DNA from: Candidatus Firestoneibacteriota bacterium | GTDB lineage: Bacteria; Oederibacteriota; D2-FULL-39-29; JBBTED01 | Direction of reading: 5' to 3' | Assembly: GCA_038042445.1 (NCBI GenBank) | Contig: JBBTED010000048.1 | Span: forward strand, 1-64,000 | Length of the DNA: 64,000 nt | In this document: in pieces, positions 59,110-64,000 of the stretch | Position numbering within the stretch: the first letter of the stretch is position 1 | How the letters are laid out: each line of letters starts with the position of its first letter | Notes under the pieces: model-generated | What the model was told of the DNA's origin: nothing | Databases searched by the model: none | The model's input: only the letters and a program-made list of their open reading frames with translations | Program-made: the position numbers and the translations under genes

Positions 59110-61461
59110 CTATGTTTTTTTTCTTTCTTTAAGAATTTGGTCTAATTCCTCTAATAATGCTTTTACACTAAATGGCTTTATCAAATATTCTTTTGCTCCA
59201 AGTTTTGTTGCTTTTGCTCCATCTTCAGCACTTCTGGCAGTTATTACAATAATTGGAATGTTTTTTGTTTCAATATCAGCTTTTAATTCATCAATTATTT
59301 TAAATCCGTCAATTTGCGGAAGCATTAAATCAAGAATAATTATACCGGGTTTTTCTTTCTTGGCTAATGCAATTCCCTGTAAGCCATCGTAAGCACTTAA
59401 AACTGCATAATTTTTTGCATTTAACGCCATAGTCAAAAGTGCAACAATATCAGAATCATCATCAACAACTAATATTTTTTTTCTGAGCATTTCACCTTGA
59501 ATTTGTTTTTCTATTTTTTTTATGCTTTCAATTAATATTTCCGGTTCAAAAGGTTTAGTTATATAATCAGAAATACCCAGACGGTATCCTTTTTCCTTTT
59601 CAAATATAACTGAAATAATTACTATTGGTATATTTTTTGTCTGTGGATTTTGTTTCAACAGTTCTGCAACAGTAAAACCGTCCATATTTGGCATAAGAAC
59701 ATCTAAAGTTATGAGATCAGGTTTTAGCTCTATTGCTTTTTTTATTGCTTCTATCCCTGAATTTGCAATAGTTATTTCATATCCTTCTTTTTCCAGATGT
59801 CCCTTAATAATTCTGGCAACATCTACATCATCATCAACTACTAATATTTTCTTAATTAAAAAGTTTTGTTCTGTAGTAATTTCGCTTTGTTGTTGCAAAT
59901 CAAACTCTTGTTTTTCTATAATTTCTATGATTTGTTTTTCTACAGCTTTAGGTAATGTAAAAGAAAAAGTACTCCCTTTTTCAATCTCACTTTCTACCCA
60001 AATTTTGCCTTTGTGTGCCTCAATAATAGATTTGGTTATAGGTAGACCTAAACCTGTTCCTCCTGCTAAACGGGTAGATGAAGAATCTACTTGTTTGAAT
60101 TTTTCAAAAATCATATCAAAATGTTCTCTTGCAATACCTATGCCTGTATCAGTAATATCCACCTGAACTGCATTTTTTATTTCAGATACTTTAATAGTTA
60201 TATTGCTTTTTACGGGAGCAAACTTAATTGCATTTCCAATGAGATTTATTAAAACTTGTTTTATTTTGTCTTCATCACAAGAAACTTCTGCTAATTGCTC
60301 TGGAAAAGTAAAACTAAATAGGATTTCTTTTTTGTCTGCAAGTGTTTTAATTTCATCTATCGTAGTTTTAATTATAGCAAGAATATTATGCGGTCTAATT
60401 TCCATAGTAATTTTTCCTGATTCAATTTTTGAAAGATCCAGTAAATCACTTATCAATTTAATAAGCCGTAAAGTATTATTTTTAACAATATTTAAAAATT
60501 CCTTCTGGGAATCGGGAACTGTTCCTTCTGAACCACCTAAAATCAATTCTACTGCACCTTTTATAGATGTAAGTGGTGTGCGTAATTCATGTGACACGTT
60601 AGACACAAACTCTGATTTCATAAGGTCAATTCTTTTTTCCTGAGTAATATCACGTATTATAACACTTATACCTTCATCTTCAAGAATACTTGCAGTTACA
60701 TTCACATAAATAAGTTCTTTCTTTTTTGTTATTGCTTTTGAAATAAGATTTTTTACAAATTTTTTTTCTTTTAATTCTTTTAATAACGATTCGCTTGTAT
60801 CTTTGTTATTTTCTGGAAATAATATATTTATTGAATTTTCTATCATTTCTTTTTCAGTATATCCAAAAATTAATTCTGCGCCTTTATTCCAGCCTGTAAT
60901 TACAAGTTTATCATCAAGTGTAATAATAGGATCGAAAGAATCACTAATAATTCTTCTGTATTTGTCTTTTGATAATGTTAATTCTTTTGTTCTTTCCTCT
61001 ACTTTTTCTTCCAATGATTCTTTCGCTTTTTCCAATTCCTGATTTGCTTTTTTTAAATTTTCATTGAGCAAAATAATTGTTTTTTTTGCGTTAGAACTAT
61101 CAACTGCTTTTATTACTGTATGCTGGATTTCATCTATAGTAAAAGGTTTGTTAATAAAATCAAATGCTCCATATTTTAAGCTTTGAATTGCAGTTTCTAT
61201 TGTCCCAAATCCAGTAGCCATTATTACTTCAATATCAGGATTGATTTTTTTTATTTCTCCAAGAAAGGTAACACCATCCATCCCTGGCATTTTCATATCA
61301 CTAATAGCTACATCAAATTTTTCTTCTTTTGCTTTTCTAATACCTTCTTCTCCATTAGAAGCTGTTACTACTTTATAACCCTGCTTTGTAAATTCAAAAG
61401 AAAGCATATCTCTTATGCCTTGTTCATCATCAACAATTAGAATTTTTGCAGGAGTTTCCAT
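59110..61461 (-). CDS. Hybrid histidine kinase REC-PAS-HisKA-HATPase-REC-REC
   Basis: Three receiver domains with intact Asp, WNKGAE..FGY PAS, SHELRTPL and GGTGLGL. Confidence 0.93.
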   Translation of the reverse strand: METPAKILIVDDEQGIRDMLSFEFTKQGYKVVTASNGEEGIRKAKEEKFDVAISDMKMPGMDGVTFLGEIKKINPDIEVIMATGFGTIETAIQSLKYGAFDFINKPFTIDEIQHTVIKAVDSSNAKKTIILLNENLKKANQELEKAKESLEEKVEERTKELTLSKDKYRRIISDSFDPIITLDDKLVITGWNKGAELIFGYTEKEMIENSINILFPENNKDTSESLLKELKEKKFVKNLISKAITKKKELIYVNVTASILEDEGISVIIRDITQEKRIDLMKSEFVSNVSHELRTPLTSIKGAVELILGGSEGTVPDSQKEFLNIVKNNTLRLIKLISDLLDLSKIESGKITMEIRPHNILAIIKTTIDEIKTLADKKEILFSFTFPEQLAEVSCDEDKIKQVLINLIGNAIKFAPVKSNITIKVSEIKNAVQVDITDTGIGIAREHFDMIFEKFKQVDSSSTRLAGGTGLGLPITKSIIEAHKGKIWVESEIEKGSTFSFTLPKAVEKQIIEIIEKQEFDLQQQSEITTEQNFLIKKILVVDDDVDVARIIKGHLEKEGYEITIANSGIEAIKKAIELKPDLITLDVLMPNMDGFTVAELLKQNPQTKNIPIVIISVIFEKEKGYRLGISDYITKPFEPEILIESIKKIEKQIQGEMLRKKILVVDDDSDIVALLTMALNAKNYAVLSAYDGLQGIALAKKEKPGIIILDLMLPQIDGFKIIDELKADIETKNIPIIVITARSAEDGAKATKLGAKEYLIKPFSVKALLEELDQILKERKKT

Positions 61462-61466
61462 AAATA

Positions 61467-61844
61467 TCAGGCTTTATTATTATTACTTGCTTCTTCTATT
61501 ACTTTCATTATTTCATCTATATCAACAGGTTTATACAAACAACTATATGCTCCAAGTTGTTTTGCTTCTGTTTCAAAAGTGTAATTAGAATCTGAACTGC
61601 TGCTGAAGATAATTACAATTTGATTTGGATTAAGTTGTTTTATTTGTCTTAAAGCTTCAGGCCCTTTCATTTTAGGCATATGAACATCAAGGAAAATAAT
61701 ATCAAAATCACTATTTTTTACCATTTCAACACCTTCTACACCATCATTTGCAGTAAAAACTTCAAAATCCCTTGCTTCTAATAAAAAACGAAATAAATCT
61801 TGTATGCCTTTTTCATCATCAATAATTAGAATTTTTTTCTTCAT
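61467..61844 (-). CDS. Single-domain response regulator
   Basis: ILIIDDE, LDVHMP and KP motifs. Confidence 0.92.
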   Translation of the reverse strand: MKKKILIIDDEKGIQDLFRFLLEARDFEVFTANDGVEGVEMVKNSDFDIIFLDVHMPKMKGPEALRQIKQLNPNQIVIIFSSSSDSNYTFETEAKQLGAYSCLYKPVDIDEIMKVIEEASNNNKA

Positions 61845-61896
61845 AATTTTTTCACTTATGGTTTATGTTTTTAGGGCAAACCACAATTTTCTCCCT

Positions 61897-63384
61897 TTAT
61901 ACTGGCAATTTCATAATAAAAGTCGTTCCTTTGCCGATTTCACTTTTAACTTCAATTGTACCATTATGTTTTTGTATTATTTCATAACATAAACTTAAAC
62001 CTAATCCTGTTCCTTTTCCTACTTCTTTTGTTGTGAAAAATGGTTCAAATATTCTGCTTTTTACATCTTCAGGAATTCCACTACCTGTATCACTTATAGA
62101 AATTTCAATATGCGATTGCTTCGTTTCACTCGCAATGACATTTCGTGTTGTTATCTTTATAGTTCCCCCATCTGACATTGAATCTATTGCATTATTGCAT
62201 AAGTTTATTATTACCTGTTGTATTTGATTCTGATTTGTAATAATCTTGAGCAAATCATCGCCATATTCTTTTATTATTTGTACACTTTTTACTTTTGCCT
62301 GTGCTTCTACAAGCGATAATGCTTCATCAATTGCTATATTTACATTTGTCTCACTTACTTTTGTTTTTGATACCCTCGAAAATGTCAATAAATCTCCTAT
62401 TAATTTTTTGCACCTTAGTGCTTCACGTTCTATTGATTTCAAAGGCATATATAAAGAATCCTCTTCTTTTATTCCTTTAACTACACTTTGAGCAAAACCT
62501 AAAATTACTCCCATTGGATTATTGATTTCATGAGCTACACCACCTGCTAACTGCCCTATTGCTGCCATTTTACTTGACTGAAGTAATTTTTCCTGTGTTT
62601 CCTTGAGTTCTTTTGTTCGTTCTTCTACTTTAAGCTCCAGGTTTTTATTGTAATCTTCAATTTTATCTCTTGATTCCTTCAAATCATGAATCATTTTGTT
62701 GAAAGTTTTTCCAAGTATTCCTATTTCATCTTTTTGAGTAATAGGTATTTCAATCGCTAAATTCCCTTTGCTTATTTCTTCCATCTTATAAATAAGGTAT
62801 TTAAGTGGAGACGTGATGTACTTAGTTACATAAAGTGTTAAACCAATACTAATTAAACTGATTATAAAAAAAAGCATTATTAATTGTTTAGTGAAATTTT
62901 TAATAGTAACTAACAATTTTTTAGTTGAAAATCCTATATGGAGTGTTCCTTTTAGTAATTTATATGCAACATCATAAAATTCAGCACCTTCATTGTGAAA
63001 ATATTTTATATTGTACTCATTAGTCGTACTAATCTGATTGGATTTAGCAAGATTATAGATTAAATCATTTTTTAAAGTACTGGCTATAATTTCTTCATCA
63101 GGTGCTGTTAAAAAAATATATAAAATTTTTTCATCCTGCTGTTTTGCTCTATAAATTATTAAATTAATTGTAGATAAATCAGTTATTAAAAGTGGATTCA
63201 TGATGTCTTCAGCCAAATATTTAGTAATATTTTGAGAAGTATTCAGCATTTCTTTTGTAAAAATTTTTTCTACTATTATCTTACTCGAAATAAAATATCC
63301 TATTGTTGCCAAAGAAATTCCAAGTAATATACAAAACGTTATTTTTATTTGTATACCTATTTTCATAAACGTTGTTTTCTCCAC
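61897..63384 (-). CDS. Membrane sensor histidine kinase with HAMP (NtrB-like HisKA)
   Basis: Two TMs, DEIGILG..FN.M, AHEINNP and FEPFFTTKEVGKGTGLGL. Confidence 0.93.
   Translation of the reverse strand: MEKTTFMKIGIQIKITFCILLGISLATIGYFISSKIIVEKIFTKEMLNTSQNITKYLAEDIMNPLLITDLSTINLIIYRAKQQDEKILYIFLTAPDEEIIASTLKNDLIYNLAKSNQISTTNEYNIKYFHNEGAEFYDVAYKLLKGTLHIGFSTKKLLVTIKNFTKQLIMLFFIISLISIGLTLYVTKYITSPLKYLIYKMEEISKGNLAIEIPITQKDEIGILGKTFNKMIHDLKESRDKIEDYNKNLELKVEERTKELKETQEKLLQSSKMAAIGQLAGGVAHEINNPMGVILGFAQSVVKGIKEEDSLYMPLKSIEREALRCKKLIGDLLTFSRVSKTKVSETNVNIAIDEALSLVEAQAKVKSVQIIKEYGDDLLKIITNQNQIQQVIINLCNNAIDSMSDGGTIKITTRNVIASETKQSHIEISISDTGSGIPEDVKSRIFEPFFTTKEVGKGTGLGLSLCYEIIQKHNGTIEVKSEIGKGTTFIMKLPV
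62114..62139 (-). repeat. GTCAT-type palindromic element read in frame within the kinase gene
   Basis: Minus strand GTCATTGCGAGTGAAACGAAGCAATC, encoding VIASETKQS; 22/26 identical to the intergenic copy at 50647. Confidence 0.8.
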
Positions 63385-63410
63385 TTTTTATCTATCATTG
63401 CCAACCCCAC

Positions 63411-64000
63411 TTAAAATCCAATCGCTACACCTGCACCCCATACATTATAATCCTCTTTCGCATCATTTTGATAATCATGTCGCCTAACCTGAATTTTAAT
63501 TTGTGACATCCATGGAATTATATGATAAGCTATACCGATTGTTCCTTCAGCTTCCTTATCATCTGAGTTATCAACATTTGGGTCATAGAGTTCATATCGC
63601 ACATAAGGTGTAATTTTTCCTACAGTATAATACGCATCTACATAACCTGCTGAAAAATCTACATCTTTTGAACCATCTATATTCTTTGTTCCACTTATTG
63701 CGAATTCAGTTTTCACAACCAAATCTTCCATTCCCAATTCAATTCCGGGGATAATAGTAATTTGAGATTTCCACACAGGTGTTGCAGGTGTGCCGGAATT
63801 AAATTCATCCATATAGAATGATACAATCGGAGTTGCTTTAAATAAAAGTACCGGTGTAAGCATTATTCTTCCACCAACAGCTTTATGGTTGTTATCATCT
63901 ACATAATCAATAAAAGTCTTACCGTTAGTATAAAAAACATCATAAGCAAAATTTAATACGTCTGAATCATAATTGCCCCCTATCCATAAACCCTGAGCAT
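63411..64000 (-). CDS. Outer-membrane beta-barrel/porin, 5' end outside the window
   Basis: Frame is open from the window edge (AQGLWIGGNY...DDNNHKAVGGRIML); amphipathic beta strands, PYVRYE.YDPN and C-terminal Phe. Confidence 0.65.
   Translation of the reverse strand, partial: AQGLWIGGNYDSDVLNFAYDVFYTNGKTFIDYVDDNNHKAVGGRIMLTPVLLFKATPIVSFYMDEFNSGTPATPVWKSQITIIPGIELGMEDLVVKTEFAISGTKNIDGSKDVDFSAGYVDAYYTVGKITPYVRYELYDPNVDNSDDKEAEGTIGIAYHIIPWMSQIKIQVRRHDYQNDAKEDYNVWGAGVAIGF

Noticed and set aside
61871..61896. TAGGGCAAACC, resembling the start of a REP
   Set aside because: The second stem arm and TTTA loop are not preserved; at best a decayed copy, so not counted.

Overview
AT-rich bacterial chromosome segment from a diderm (LptD, TolC, porin, lipoproteins); I cannot assign the lineage from sequence alone. 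Positions 1-10.9 kb form a defence island bracketed by two type II toxin-antitoxin pairs. It holds two unusual modules: a type III R-M operon with a TcmP-like methyltransferase-fold gene and a radical-SAM gene coupled between mod and res, and a lexA-TIR-unknown-TIR operon with a perfect sigma70 promoter and no recognisable Thoeris effector. These two modules are the best candidates for an undescribed system. Next come a TA/DsbD-CcdA/tadB/tadC coupled run, a CsgG-like gene, two tandem paralogous lipoproteins, guaB-guaA-dnaE-lptD, a type II R-M pair, TPM-NTase-lemA, and rpmH-rnpA-yidD-yidC-jag-mnmE (no dnaA or mnmG; Jag has a prion-like tail instead of R3H). On the minus strand follow a czc/cus-type RND operon with a Cys-rich RPP leader ORF, proC-yggS, and a sulfatase/glycan catabolism locus. 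After queF (plus strand) comes a minus-strand porin/two-component/PilB-GspE cluster. Intergenic DNA carries about 19 GTAG-type REP hairpins at 10 loci, with a shared TTTA loop but covarying stems. A second GTCA(T/C) palindrome family is also present, with one copy in-frame inside a kinase, as well as a three-level nested REP > MITE > palindrome element. No rRNA, tRNA, CRISPR array or transposase was seen.
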